A stretch of 64,000 bases of DNA from assembly GCA_937894775.1 (NCBI GenBank), contig CALAXC010000044.1:2532-66531 (forward strand). The letters run 5' to 3'. This DNA comes from an uncultured Clostridia bacterium (GTDB lineage Bacteria; Bacillota; Clostridia; Oscillospirales; CAG-272). Within the stretch, counting starts at the first letter, position 1. Each line of letters begins with the position of its first letter. A program made the translations under genes and the position numbers. Shown one piece after another: positions 50,179-60,607 of this stretch. The notes under the pieces were generated by a model. It saw nothing but the letters and a program-made list of their open reading frames with translations, searched no databases and was not told where the DNA came from.

Positions 50179-50210
50179 TCTTCCTCCGAATGCTGTAAAA
50201 ATTTTAAAAA

Positions 50211-50240
50211 ATATAGGCGGCGTAAATCCGCCGCCTATAT
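50211..50240 (-). terminator. rho-independent terminator after hup
   Basis: 12-bp stem atataggcggcg-6 nt-cgccgcctatat with a T-run on the minus strand. Confidence 0.8.
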
Positions 50241-50246
50241 TTATAA

Positions 50247-50522
50247 TTACTTATTAACTGCGTCCTTAAGAGCCTTACCTGCTGTGAATACAGGAGCCTT
50301 AGAAGCTGCTATAGTCATTGTAGCGCCGGTCTGAGGATTACGTCCCTCTCTTGCCGCTCTTTCCTTAACAGAATATGTTCCAAAGCCAACAAGCTGAACC
50401 TTGTCACCAGCTGCGAGAGCCTCTGTAATAGCCTCATTTACAGCCTTTACTGCAGCCTCTGCTGCTGCCTTTGTCATGCCCGTCTTAAGAGCAACTACTT
50501 CTACGAGATCTGTCTTGTTCAT
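50247..50522 (-). CDS. hup: DNA-binding protein HU
   Basis: MNKTDLVE...[21 protein letters not shown]; 91 aa. Confidence 0.95.
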   Translation of the reverse strand: MNKTDLVEVVALKTGMTKAAAEAAVKAVNEAITEALAAGDKVQLVGFGTYSVKERAAREGRNPQTGATMTIAASKAPVFTAGKALKDAVNK

Positions 50523-50576
50523 ATTAATCACCTTTCCTTTTTAAACTTATTGGAACAACGTTCCTTTTGCAAGTTT

Positions 50577-50605
50577 ATTATACCATACTTTTACAGTAAA
50601 TTCAA
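50577..50605 (-). promoter_or_regulatory. SigA-type promoter of hup
   Basis: The minus strand reads TTGAAT-17 nt-TGgTATAAT. Confidence 0.6.
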
Positions 50606-50664
50606 TAGTTTTTAGCAATTTTTTCGCTATTTTTAGTCTTTTTTAAGCTTTGAAAACAATTTTT

Positions 50665-51474
50665 TTATTTTTTACTTTTATTTTGTTCCCAAATGGCATC
50701 AAGCTCGGGCATACCAAGCTCATTTATGTTCTTATTTTGAGCAATTACAGCCTGTTCAAGCTCATCAAATCTTGATATAAATTTATCTGTTGCCTTATTC
50801 AAAGCTACCTCAGGCTCGACTCCAAGCTTACGGCAAAGAGAAACTACCGAAAAGATAAGATCGCCCATTTCCTCTTCGATATTATTCTTATTATTTTCTG
50901 CCATAGCCTCCTCAAGTTCAGAAAGCTCTTCCTTGACCTTCAGCATTACTTCATCGGCGTTGGAAAAATCAAAGCAAGAAGCTTTCTTGCCTACCTTTTC
51001 TGCTCTCATCAATGCGGGAAGCATAGGCGGTATCGAGCGAAGCTTATCGGTTATTGTGATACGCTCCTTTTCCTCGCTCTTTATAACCTCCCAATTTTGA
51101 AGAACCTTATCGGAAGTCTCAGCGATCACATCGCCAAATACGTGAGGATGACGGTGTATAAGCTTAACACATATATCGTTTGCTACATCTTTGATATCAA
51201 AAACTCCATTTTCCTTTTCTATTTCAGTATGAAAAACTACCTGTAGCAAAACATCGCCAAGCTCTTCTCTTAAAAGAACGGGATCCTCGGTATCTATCGC
51301 CTCGATGACCTCATAGGTCTCCTCAATAAAATCCTTACGGATACTTTTATGAGTCTGCTCTCTGTCCCAAGGGCATCCTTCTTCGGATCTTAACACTTCC
51401 ACCACTGTAACGAGATCGTCTATGTCGTAGTTATCTTTTTCGAGAAGATATTTTTTCTTTTCAGCAACCGTCAT
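50665..51474 (-). CDS. mazG: MazG nucleoside triphosphate pyrophosphohydrolase
   Basis: Tandem MazG domains (CPWDREQTH, EE.YE..EAI, ELGD.L). Confidence 0.9.
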   Translation of the reverse strand: MTVAEKKKYLLEKDNYDIDDLVTVVEVLRSEEGCPWDREQTHKSIRKDFIEETYEVIEAIDTEDPVLLREELGDVLLQVVFHTEIEKENGVFDIKDVANDICVKLIHRHPHVFGDVIAETSDKVLQNWEVIKSEEKERITITDKLRSIPPMLPALMRAEKVGKKASCFDFSNADEVMLKVKEELSELEEAMAENNKNNIEEEMGDLIFSVVSLCRKLGVEPEVALNKATDKFISRFDELEQAVIAQNKNINELGMPELDAIWEQNKSKK

Positions 51475-51491
51475 TTTTTACCTCCAAAAGC

Positions 51492-53111
51492 CTATTGCTT
51501 TTCTTTTAAAATTTTATTAAATATCGGGAACATTCTCAAGTCTTCCCTGTCCATTATTCCAAGCAAAAACACAAGCAAGCAATATAGAAGGACCGCTATT
51601 GCGACCGCTATACAAAACGCTGCCGTTTCCGAAAGAAGCTTTTCTGCAAATATGCTATAAGACGCGAACGAGCCTCCTATTGATATTACAGATGCAAAAA
51701 AAGGTTTTACAAAGCTTTTTCCTAAGTTTATTGCCATCGCTGTATTTCCTGCATACCGAAACATCAAAGCAAAATTCAAAAGTACTACCGTAACATTACA
51801 TGCCAGACTTCCTATAGGCGCACCGTAAACTCCCACCCATCTGCTTCCAAGCAAAAAATATGAGGTTATAGCCTTTACTGCTACGCCGACCGACATCGAA
51901 AATATCGGCAGCTTTACGCATCTGTAAGCTTGAAGAATAGCATTTGTTGTAGTTATAAGGCAGGAAAAAAGCACAGATGCTCCAAGCAAGGAAAGCAAAG
52001 GCGCAGCAATATCTATCGCATCATTCTGTCCTTTAAAAAGCAAAGAAAGTATCTGTCTTGAAAACACCGTGACGGCAAGTGAAGCAGGCATAGCAAACAG
52101 AGTTGTCAGCCTTATCGCTCTTTCAACACTTATGATCTGGCCTTTAAGGCTTTTTCTCTCTATAAATCCTGTGAGTTCAGGGATAAGAGCCATTGAAACA
52201 GGCGTTATCAGTGAAGGAATAAGACCGAATACCGGAAGAGCCAACGTTGTGTATGCTCCGTATATTTCATTTGATCGGAAAGAAGATATTCCTATATCCT
52301 GGAGTCTGCGCATTATAAATGCCATATCAAGAATTCTTGTCAGACTTATAACCGCTGAACCAAGTGTTATAGGTAACGCTATCTTCAATAGAGTTTTTAC
52401 GTTTTCTTCTTTTTTGGTATTTGTATCACCGTTTAAAGAAGCGATGATCTTTTTATTGACCTTTCTTCTTGCTATCATAAGATAGCAAAGCGACAAAAAA
52501 GTACCCACTGTTATTCCCAAGACAGCAAATGCCGCCACCGCAGGAACTGAATACCCTTGTCTTAGCGCTGCCAAAGCAAATATTATGCCAAGAGCGAGCT
52601 TTGCTATTGCCTCTATAAGCTGGGAGATAGCCGTAGGCTTCATTTCTTCAAAGCCCTGACAGTATCCCCTTACCGCACTCGCAAGACAAATAAAAAACAA
52701 TGCGGGCGCTATTGCCATTATACAGTAATATGCCTCATCATTCCCTATTGACATAGCAAGTCTTTTGGCAAACAAAAGCATAAATGCGCTGCCAAAAGCT
52801 CCGAATATAAAAAATATTCTAAGAGCCGAACGGTATATTCCTTTTATTGCAAGCGCATCTTCTCTCGCTCTCGCGGCAGACACAAGTATAGAAAGCGCCA
52901 CCGGTAATCCCGCGGTAGAAATAACGCATAACATTGCGTAAATTTCATACGCAGAATTAAAATATCCCATACCTTCCATTCCCAAAATAGAAAGCATAGG
53001 TATTTTAAATGCGAGTCCGATAACCTTAACTATTAAAGTAGAGAACGAAAGCACAAAAACGCCCGATATAAAACGTTTGCCTCCGCTCTCTTCAATTTTT
53101 TCCTTTTTCAA
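51492..53111 (-). CDS. MOP-superfamily flippase (SpoVB/YabM/MurJ-like)
   Basis: 539 aa with about 14 TM helices. TTG start. Its position upstream of mazG matches B. subtilis yabM-yabN. Confidence 0.75.
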   Translation of the reverse strand: MKKEKIEESGGKRFISGVFVLSFSTLIVKVIGLAFKIPMLSILGMEGMGYFNSAYEIYAMLCVISTAGLPVALSILVSAARAREDALAIKGIYRSALRIFFIFGAFGSAFMLLFAKRLAMSIGNDEAYYCIMAIAPALFFICLASAVRGYCQGFEEMKPTAISQLIEAIAKLALGIIFALAALRQGYSVPAVAAFAVLGITVGTFLSLCYLMIARRKVNKKIIASLNGDTNTKKEENVKTLLKIALPITLGSAVISLTRILDMAFIMRRLQDIGISSFRSNEIYGAYTTLALPVFGLIPSLITPVSMALIPELTGFIERKSLKGQIISVERAIRLTTLFAMPASLAVTVFSRQILSLLFKGQNDAIDIAAPLLSLLGASVLFSCLITTTNAILQAYRCVKLPIFSMSVGVAVKAITSYFLLGSRWVGVYGAPIGSLACNVTVVLLNFALMFRYAGNTAMAINLGKSFVKPFFASVISIGGSFASYSIFAEKLLSETAAFCIAVAIAVLLYCLLVFLLGIMDREDLRMFPIFNKILKEKQ

Positions 53112-53181
53112 GCACTACACCGCCTTACCGTTTTTTATAGTTTATTCCAAACTTAAAAACGATATACCGTCGGCACAGATT

Positions 53182-54087
53182 TTAAACGAATTCCTTATAA
53201 AGATAACCGTCTAAAATAAGTCTGTCGGGAATTTCATCAACAAGGCTTACACGGTTAAGAATATATTTTGCCGTTTCAAAATGCTTATCATCCTTATCAA
53301 AGTCCGAAAGCAGCTTAACAAGATAAGGCTTAAGAACACCTATTTCATAAGGCATTGAAGAATTAACGGTATAATCACTTTCACCAACGTACGGGAAAAT
53401 ATTTTTTTCTTCGTTATCTCTTACCCCGTCCCAATTATCAAAAGTTACCTCAGGCATAGTATTACGGAAATTATAATCTCTCACAAGACGTCGCATAAGG
53501 CGTATCTCATTCCCCTCAAAGCAAACGCCGCCTGCGATTATGGGTTTCTGCGGATAGATATATATGCTTGCCGTCTTATATTCCTCAAACATTTTAACGA
53601 CACGTGGATATACAGCCTGAATGCCCTCAAATATAAACACGTCATCATCGTCGACCTTCATCGTCTTATATCCCGAACGGGTACTTGTTTTAAAATCGAA
53701 TATCGGACACCTTACCTCATTATCGTTAAATATTTCTTTAATGAATTCCGAAAGCTCATCACAGTCTATCGTATCGGGAGAATCGTAATCTATCCCATCA
53801 AGTCCTTTTTCAGCCGAAAGTCTGGCAAGATGATCTCTGTTATAAAAGAAATCATCGATCGAAATAACATGCGCTCTTTTTCCAAACTTTTTAAAGTAAG
53901 ATATCAAATGGTCAGCCGTAGTGGTTTTTCCCGAGCAGCTAGGTCCGTAAAGACGTATTACCTTTATTCCTCGATTTTTATAGATATCCTCTGTTATTTC
54001 AAATATTCTCTTTGAAAAAGCATCCTCGCAGCTTTTTATCCACTGAGAATCTTTATAATCCTGCATATCAAATTCTTTTTGATCCAT
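53182..54087 (-). CDS. uridine-kinase-like P-loop nucleoside kinase family protein
   Basis: Walker A GPSCSGKTTTA; 301 aa. Confidence 0.55.
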   Translation of the reverse strand: MDQKEFDMQDYKDSQWIKSCEDAFSKRIFEITEDIYKNRGIKVIRLYGPSCSGKTTTADHLISYFKKFGKRAHVISIDDFFYNRDHLARLSAEKGLDGIDYDSPDTIDCDELSEFIKEIFNDNEVRCPIFDFKTSTRSGYKTMKVDDDDVFIFEGIQAVYPRVVKMFEEYKTASIYIYPQKPIIAGGVCFEGNEIRLMRRLVRDYNFRNTMPEVTFDNWDGVRDNEEKNIFPYVGESDYTVNSSMPYEIGVLKPYLVKLLSDFDKDDKHFETAKYILNRVSLVDEIPDRLILDGYLYKEFV

Positions 54088-54113
54088 AAATGTTTCCTTT
54101 CAAAAAGCAACCA

Positions 54114-55613
54114 TTATTCATCGAGCATTCCATGCTCCTGATAAAATTTAAGTGCCTCAGCTCTAAAAGAATCGTTTTTATCCTCACGAAGATACTCGTA
54201 AGGATATTTTTGATGGAACAAACGGTCTATTTCTCTCTTGTTACAGTTGCTCTTGGTGTTGTCTACCAGCTTTCCTACAGCCCCCGCTCCTGCCGCAAAT
54301 ATCGAATGTATCTCTTCCATCATATAAATATTATAATATCCTTCATGTCCCGGCAAAGCAAAGCCTACGTTCTCATAGTTCCCCACCGTATTCTTCTGTC
54401 GGTACATATAATACGGTATATATCCGTTCTGATCGGTCTTTATCTGCGAATAATCCACGCATTTACCTACAGAGCCTCCTCGTATTGAAAAAACGTTAGG
54501 ATCGCGTTTTAAGAGCTCGGAAGATTTTTTAACGCAGAAAGTGTGTACCGTAATATTTTCAGGACGAAGCTTAAGAACCTCATCAAGAGTATATGCAAAA
54601 GTTTTAAAATCATCACCCGGAAGTCCCGCAATAAGATCGACGTTTACCGTTTTGATACCCGCTCTTCTTGCATCGTTAAATGCGCGGAAGAATTCCTCAC
54701 TGGTATGACTTCTTCCAACACTTTCAAGCAATTTATCGCAAAGGCTCTGTGGATTAACGCTGACTCTGGTAACTCCGTACTTTTTAGCTATAACAAATTT
54801 CTCGTAAGTTATTGTATCGGGACGTCCTGCCTCGAGAGTAAATTCTTCCAACGCAGAAACATCTGTTTGTTTTGATATAAAGCTCAAAAGGTCTTCCAAC
54901 TGAGCCTCATCAAGAATAGTCGGTGTACCGCCGCCTATATAAACAGTACGAACACGCAGTCCAAGCATCGATATCGTTTCAAAATTAAAACGAATATCCT
55001 CTTTAAGCTTTTCAAGGTACTCGGGAATCAGCGACAGAAGTCGTTTTGACGTATAAGAAACAAAAGAACAGTAAGAACATCTCGTAGGACAAAACGGTAT
55101 CGAAATATAAACGCTGCAATCCTTTGGAGATGGCTTGTCTATTATATTTTTTTCTGTTACAGCAATACTTGTGGCAAGTGCCGCTTTTTTGGGAATTACA
55201 AGATAGTCGGTATTGAGTATTCTTTTTACCTTGGTTTTGCTGTATCCCGCCTCAAGCATTTCACTTGCTATTTTTGACGGTCTTACGCCAATCATCATTC
55301 CCCACGCAGGTCTGTATCCTACAAGTGCGTTCGCCGCCGCAAGAACAGCACCGCCTATTGCAAGCTTCAAAACCCGTTCCTTGGTTCTATCCTCGGTAAA
55401 TTCGGCAAAATATTCAGCTTTCTCGCTTTTATCATCAACCGAAACCTCAGCAAAAGCACGAATACCGTTTTCCTCTTCTAAGCTTTTCACCGAAAGTATA
55501 GGTTCTCCCTTTGCCACCTCTTCATTTTCCGCAAAATGCTCGCCCGGAAAAAATATCATTCCAAGCGTCTGAACATAATATTTATTTATAGGTGAATCTA
55601 AAATAACCTTCAT
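54114..55613 (-). CDS. radical SAM coproporphyrinogen-dehydrogenase-like protein (HemZ/HemN family)
   Basis: CPTRCSYCSF radical-SAM cluster motif; 499 aa. Confidence 0.75.
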   Translation of the reverse strand: MKVILDSPINKYYVQTLGMIFFPGEHFAENEEVAKGEPILSVKSLEEENGIRAFAEVSVDDKSEKAEYFAEFTEDRTKERVLKLAIGGAVLAAANALVGYRPAWGMMIGVRPSKIASEMLEAGYSKTKVKRILNTDYLVIPKKAALATSIAVTEKNIIDKPSPKDCSVYISIPFCPTRCSYCSFVSYTSKRLLSLIPEYLEKLKEDIRFNFETISMLGLRVRTVYIGGGTPTILDEAQLEDLLSFISKQTDVSALEEFTLEAGRPDTITYEKFVIAKKYGVTRVSVNPQSLCDKLLESVGRSHTSEEFFRAFNDARRAGIKTVNVDLIAGLPGDDFKTFAYTLDEVLKLRPENITVHTFCVKKSSELLKRDPNVFSIRGGSVGKCVDYSQIKTDQNGYIPYYMYRQKNTVGNYENVGFALPGHEGYYNIYMMEEIHSIFAAGAGAVGKLVDNTKSNCNKREIDRLFHQKYPYEYLREDKNDSFRAEALKFYQEHGMLDE

Positions 55614-55636
55614 TTATAAATCGCTCCAACTGTATT

Positions 55637-56104
55637 TTAAAGATTGTCTGTCTTTTTCAAAAGCACTCTGCTATCCATAGTTATAGTTACGGGACCGTCA
55701 TTAACTATCGTAAGCTCCATCTCCGCGCCAAACACGCCCCGACCGAGATGCTTTACGCCTTTTTCGCAGAGCGAACAAAAATATTCGTACAAACGGTTTG
55801 CCTCGCTTGGCGGTGCCGCATTTGTAAAATCGGGACGTCTTCCCTTTTTATATGCAGCAAGCAGCGTAAAATTAGACACTATCAAAAGCTCACCGCCGAT
55901 ATCAGTAATGGATAAATTCATTTTATCGTTTTCATCGCAGAAAATTCTCAACTCCAATATTTTTTTAACGAGTGCATCGGCATCCTCCTCAGAATCCCCC
56001 TTAGCAACTCCTAAAAGTATACAAAATCCCTGCTCACAGCTTCCTGTGACTTCTCCTTCAACCGAAACCGAAGCACGTTTTACCCTTTGCAATACAGCTA
56101 TCAT
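55637..56104 (-). CDS. dtd: D-aminoacyl-tRNA deacylase
   Basis: MIAVLQRV..ASV, SNFTL and GRRP motifs; 155 aa. Confidence 0.92.
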   Translation of the reverse strand: MIAVLQRVKRASVSVEGEVTGSCEQGFCILLGVAKGDSEEDADALVKKILELRIFCDENDKMNLSITDIGGELLIVSNFTLLAAYKKGRRPDFTNAAPPSEANRLYEYFCSLCEKGVKHLGRGVFGAEMELTIVNDGPVTITMDSRVLLKKTDNL

Positions 56105-56125
56105 TTTTCCTCCGTAACAGTTCGC

Positions 56126-58354
56126 TTATGCGATACCTCTGCTAATATCCAAAATACCGTCGATAGAACGAATTTTCGAAACTATCGAATAATAATGATC
56201 TATGTTTTTACAGCTTATCTTAAGGCTTATTATTGCATTCTCCTCGTTGCTATCTCCCGTTACTCCAGCATTTACGTGGTGTACCTGAACCTTCATTTCG
56301 CTGAGAGCTATAACTATATCGGCAAGTATACCTATTCTGTTAACAACGAAAATATTGATCTGCGCCTCATACAGATCACGCAAATTAGAATTATTGTCAG
56401 CCCAGTGAACATCTACCCAACGTCCCGCATTTTCGGGATTGTCACGATTAATGTTCTGACAGTTTTTATTGTGTATCGAAACGCCGTGTCCTCTTGTTAT
56501 AAATCCTATAATGCTATCTCCCGGTAACGGATTACAGCATTTAGCAAACTTAACAAGGCATCCGTCGAGTCCGTCTACTATTACGCCGCTATTAGATTTA
56601 ATATTTTTAGGCGCAGATATCTTTATCTGTTCAACAACGTTTTCCGTTGTCTGTGCGTCATCCTCACTATGACCGTAACTACGTTCATATTCATCACGGA
56701 TCTTCGCCTCTATCTTAGAATATGCCAAGCCTCCGTAACCGAGATCGTTATATAGATCATCCGCTGTCATATATCCCATTCTCTGACTAACGGCAGAAAC
56801 GACCTCGCTTCTTTGCTGTTCGGTTGAATTCGAAGCAAAGCGTTTAAACTCTGTATCAACGATGTTTTTACCCGCAATAATATTCTCACTGCGCTTTTCA
56901 CGTTTGAAATAGCTTCGTATCTTTGAACGTGCCGAGCTTGTTCTGACTATCTTGAGCCAATCTCTACTTGGCCCTTTTGATGACGATGAGGTTATTATTT
57001 CAAGTATATCGCCCGTCTTTGGAACTTTATCTATAGGAACTATCATTCCGTTGATCTTTGCACCTACCATTGAATTACCCACGCCCGAATGTATTGCATA
57101 AGCAAAGTCAATCACCGTAGAACCCTGCGCAAGGTTTATTACATCACCCTTAGGTGTAAAGACAAAGGTATCATCCTGAAACATATCGGTCTTAAGCGCG
57201 TTAAAGAATTCATCGGGATCTGTAGTATCGCTTTCGGTCTCGATAAGCTTTGATATCCACTCAAGTCGCTTATCGACCTCAGCGGAAGACTTTGAAGAAT
57301 CGCCCGACTTATATTTCCAATGCGCGCAAATACCGTATTCTGCGATATGATGCATTTCCCATGTTCTTATCTGCACTTCAAACGGAATACCGTCGCTTCC
57401 TATAACCGTGGTATGGATAGAACGGTACATATTAGGCTTCGGTGTTGAAATATAATCCTTAAACCGTCCCGGAATGGACTTGAACATTTCGTGTATAAGT
57501 CCGAGTGCTGCATAACACTCAAGTTCAGTATCTACAATTATTCTCATCGCATAAAAGTCATATATCTCGTTAAAGCTCTTATTTTGATTATACATCTTGT
57601 TATAGATACTGTAAGCCGATTTTACACGGCCCGAAAGCTCAAACTTTATTTCGTTTTCAATAAGCTTTTCTCTGATCTGAGCCTGAACAGTCTCAAACAA
57701 ATGCTCGTGCTCGCCGTACTTTTCTGCGATATACTTTTGTATTTCTGCATAGCCTATCGGATCAAGAAAGGAAATACAAAGATTTTCCAACTCGTGCTTA
57801 ATCTTACGCATTCCAAGTCGGTGCGCGAGCGGTGCGTAAACGTACATAGTTTCAAGAGCGGTCTTTCTTCGCTTTGGATCGGTCTTTACCGCAAGAGTAC
57901 GCATATTATGTAATCTGTCGCAAAGCTTTATAAAAATAACCCTTACGTCCTTCGACATAGCAAGAAGCATTTTTCTTATATTTTCGATATGAGCTTCTTC
58001 TTTATCTTCCACGTTGAGTGTCGGCATCTTTGTAAGACCGTCAACCAGCAAAGCGACCTCACTGCCAAACCGTTTTTCGATCTCTTTAAGATCGGTCTTA
58101 TCGGAACAATCCTCCACGGTATCGTGTAAAAGAGCCGCACATATAGAATTGGTATCCAAGCCAAGATCTATTACGATCTCTGCTACCGCAACGGGATGCG
58201 AAATATAAGGCTCTCCGCTTACACGGAACTGTCCTTCATGCAGTCTCTCAGCATATTCCCCTGCGCTTTTTATTTTTTCGGTATCATATTTTTTTCCTGT
58301 TTCAAAAAGCTTTTCAATAAGCTGTGATACCGTACTGCAGCTATTCTTAACCAT
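56126..58354 (-). CDS. relA: bifunctional (p)ppGpp synthetase/hydrolase
   Basis: HD hydrolase (LLHDTVED), RelA_SpoT synthetase, TGS and ACT domains; 742 aa. Confidence 0.95.
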   Translation of the reverse strand: MVKNSCSTVSQLIEKLFETGKKYDTEKIKSAGEYAERLHEGQFRVSGEPYISHPVAVAEIVIDLGLDTNSICAALLHDTVEDCSDKTDLKEIEKRFGSEVALLVDGLTKMPTLNVEDKEEAHIENIRKMLLAMSKDVRVIFIKLCDRLHNMRTLAVKTDPKRRKTALETMYVYAPLAHRLGMRKIKHELENLCISFLDPIGYAEIQKYIAEKYGEHEHLFETVQAQIREKLIENEIKFELSGRVKSAYSIYNKMYNQNKSFNEIYDFYAMRIIVDTELECYAALGLIHEMFKSIPGRFKDYISTPKPNMYRSIHTTVIGSDGIPFEVQIRTWEMHHIAEYGICAHWKYKSGDSSKSSAEVDKRLEWISKLIETESDTTDPDEFFNALKTDMFQDDTFVFTPKGDVINLAQGSTVIDFAYAIHSGVGNSMVGAKINGMIVPIDKVPKTGDILEIITSSSSKGPSRDWLKIVRTSSARSKIRSYFKREKRSENIIAGKNIVDTEFKRFASNSTEQQRSEVVSAVSQRMGYMTADDLYNDLGYGGLAYSKIEAKIRDEYERSYGHSEDDAQTTENVVEQIKISAPKNIKSNSGVIVDGLDGCLVKFAKCCNPLPGDSIIGFITRGHGVSIHNKNCQNINRDNPENAGRWVDVHWADNNSNLRDLYEAQINIFVVNRIGILADIVIALSEMKVQVHHVNAGVTGDSNEENAIISLKISCKNIDHYYSIVSKIRSIDGILDISRGIA

Positions 58355-58381
58355 AGAGCATCCTTTCCTTATATTCTTCGA

Positions 58382-60568
58382 CTATATCCTATCCAAGCAT
58401 TGAGATCTCAGCTTTTTCAATATCGAAGACTTGTCTATACTTGTTTTATTTGCCTGAAAATTGACTTCAAATACATACTCGTCCTTAAAACGTTCTCTTA
58501 TGTCACAAATTTTAAGCTCATTGAATATTTCAAAAATGTATTTGATCTTAACGTAATTTATATTGCATCCCTGCTCTGCGTTCAAGGTCTTTAACGTATA
58601 AAAAGTACTGCAGGAATCCATACCGCTTCGGTAAGATTTACGAAGATATGTATAAACTATTGCACAATCTTCTCTTGTAGGTAAAAAGTCCTCCGAACTC
58701 AAATAAGCTCCTCCCGCTCTTACCTCCTCATAACGCCGTTGTATATGCTTTATAGCATCGGTTTTCGTCTTTGCGATACGCGCATCTCTTACGTTAAGCT
58801 GTTCGCTCTGTATGTTTTTATAATCGTTTATATCAAGATTAAATAAAACGTCGACCGTATCGCCCATATAAAATCCAAGATCCGCAGGAGCAACACCGAA
58901 ATACATAGCATTTATGATCTTTCCGTTCTTTTCAAGAGTCATTCTGGTATGATCTCCGCCCTTAGTAGGAACTATTTTCTTAGCCACCGCATCTTTGAGA
59001 ACGAACAGAGGAACGGCATTCCCCGCTCCGTAAGGCTCTAAAAGCTGTATCTCCTTTGCGAGTGCCAAAGAAATATCCTGCGCTTCTATCTCACAATCTG
59101 CGTCGACCGTTATCTTGAAAAAGCTCTCATCAAGATGATCTCTTGCATATTCATTGATCCTATCACGAAAATCCTCAAGGTTGGATCTTTTGACTGTAAG
59201 TCCTGCTGCAAGCTCGTGACCGCCGTATTTCACAAGAAGATCGTCACAATAATTAAGTGCCGCAACAAGATTAAGTCCTTTTACACTTCGTCCCGAGCCC
59301 CGTCCTTCATCAAACGGTGCTTCATATCCACCCGTTGAGCCATCGAAAGAAACAAGGATAGACGGCAATCCGTATTTTTCGGTTATCTTAGATGCAACTA
59401 TTCCTATAATTCCCTGCTGCCAATAATTGCTGTCAAGAACTATGATCGGATTCTTATCCATATCGGCAAGATCGTCGATCATTTTATACGCTTCTTCTGC
59501 AATACGGTTTTCTTCTATCTGTCGACGCTTATTTATTTCGCAAAGCTCTTCCGCCAAAGCATCCGCTTCGTCATCATCCGCAAGCAACGCCTTTACCGCT
59601 ATTGCTGCGTCGGAAATGCGTCCCGCAGCATTTATTCTCGGTGCTATACCGAAGCCTATAAAGCTTGAGCTTATCTTGCGTTTTTTTATTTCTTCTCCCG
59701 TCTTTTTTGCGCCCGAAGCATCTATCAATGCCCTGAGTCCGGGACGCGGCGCATTTTCCATAAGATTTAAGCCTATACTTACGATAAGTCGATTTTCATC
59801 GACTATCGACATTACGTCAGCTATCGTTCCGAGTGCAACAAGGTCACAATACTCAAGACACACCTGACGCAAAGCATTTTCTATAGGCTCACCGCTCTGT
59901 CTGCATCTTTTCATTTCAAGAGCGCAAACAAGTTTAAAGACCACACCGACACCCGCAAGCTCCTTAAAGGGATACTCACAATCGTGTCTGTGCGGATTTA
60001 CTACCGCATAAGCCTCGGGAAGATCCTCTCTGCATTCGTGGTGATCGGTTATAACAAAGTCAACACCCAGCTCTTTAGCAAAGCTTACCTCTCCGTATGC
60101 CGTTATTCCGGTATCAACGGTAATTATCAGGCTTACTCCGTTCTCAGCAAGCGCTTTAACCGCATTACAGGAAACTCCATAGCCCTCTCCGTCTCTTTTA
60201 GGTATCTTTATGCATACATCCGCACCAAGCGAAGTGAGATAAAGATATACTGTGCTCACTGCGGTAACGCCGTCTACGTCGTAGTCACCGTAAACACATA
60301 TTTTTTCTCTGTTTTCAATTGCTCTGAAGATTCTTTCGGTTGCCTTATCCATATCACGAAGAAGATACGGATCGTGCAAATTTTCCTCCTCAAAGTGTAA
60401 AAATCGCATAGCATCCTCAGCTGTCCTATAGCCGCGATTATAAAGTAATACAGCAAAATATCGACTCTTTCCGAGCTTTTTCGCCATATCCTCTATTATC
60501 TGATCTTTATTGACATCACCAAAGATATACTGCTCGTTCCACACCCTTTCCTTATTAACATTTCTCAT
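58382..60568 (-). CDS. recJ: single-stranded-DNA-specific exonuclease RecJ
   Basis: DHH (GDYDVDGVT, ITDHH) and DHHA1 (GGHELAAG) motifs; 728 aa. Confidence 0.93.
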   Translation of the reverse strand: MRNVNKERVWNEQYIFGDVNKDQIIEDMAKKLGKSRYFAVLLYNRGYRTAEDAMRFLHFEEENLHDPYLLRDMDKATERIFRAIENREKICVYGDYDVDGVTAVSTVYLYLTSLGADVCIKIPKRDGEGYGVSCNAVKALAENGVSLIITVDTGITAYGEVSFAKELGVDFVITDHHECREDLPEAYAVVNPHRHDCEYPFKELAGVGVVFKLVCALEMKRCRQSGEPIENALRQVCLEYCDLVALGTIADVMSIVDENRLIVSIGLNLMENAPRPGLRALIDASGAKKTGEEIKKRKISSSFIGFGIAPRINAAGRISDAAIAVKALLADDDEADALAEELCEINKRRQIEENRIAEEAYKMIDDLADMDKNPIIVLDSNYWQQGIIGIVASKITEKYGLPSILVSFDGSTGGYEAPFDEGRGSGRSVKGLNLVAALNYCDDLLVKYGGHELAAGLTVKRSNLEDFRDRINEYARDHLDESFFKITVDADCEIEAQDISLALAKEIQLLEPYGAGNAVPLFVLKDAVAKKIVPTKGGDHTRMTLEKNGKIINAMYFGVAPADLGFYMGDTVDVLFNLDINDYKNIQSEQLNVRDARIAKTKTDAIKHIQRRYEEVRAGGAYLSSEDFLPTREDCAIVYTYLRKSYRSGMDSCSTFYTLKTLNAEQGCNINYVKIKYIFEIFNELKICDIRERFKDEYVFEVNFQANKTSIDKSSILKKLRSQCLDRI

Positions 60569-60607
60569 TAGTACCTCAATATATATTTTTAATTAAAAAC
60601 AAAACTA

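Noticed and set aside
55644-56117. 157-aa plus-strand ORF covering the whole of dtd in antisense.
   Set aside because: Its Ser/Pro/Thr-rich composition is typical of antisense frames. It has no RBS, and dtd on the minus strand has canonical motifs and a strong RBS.
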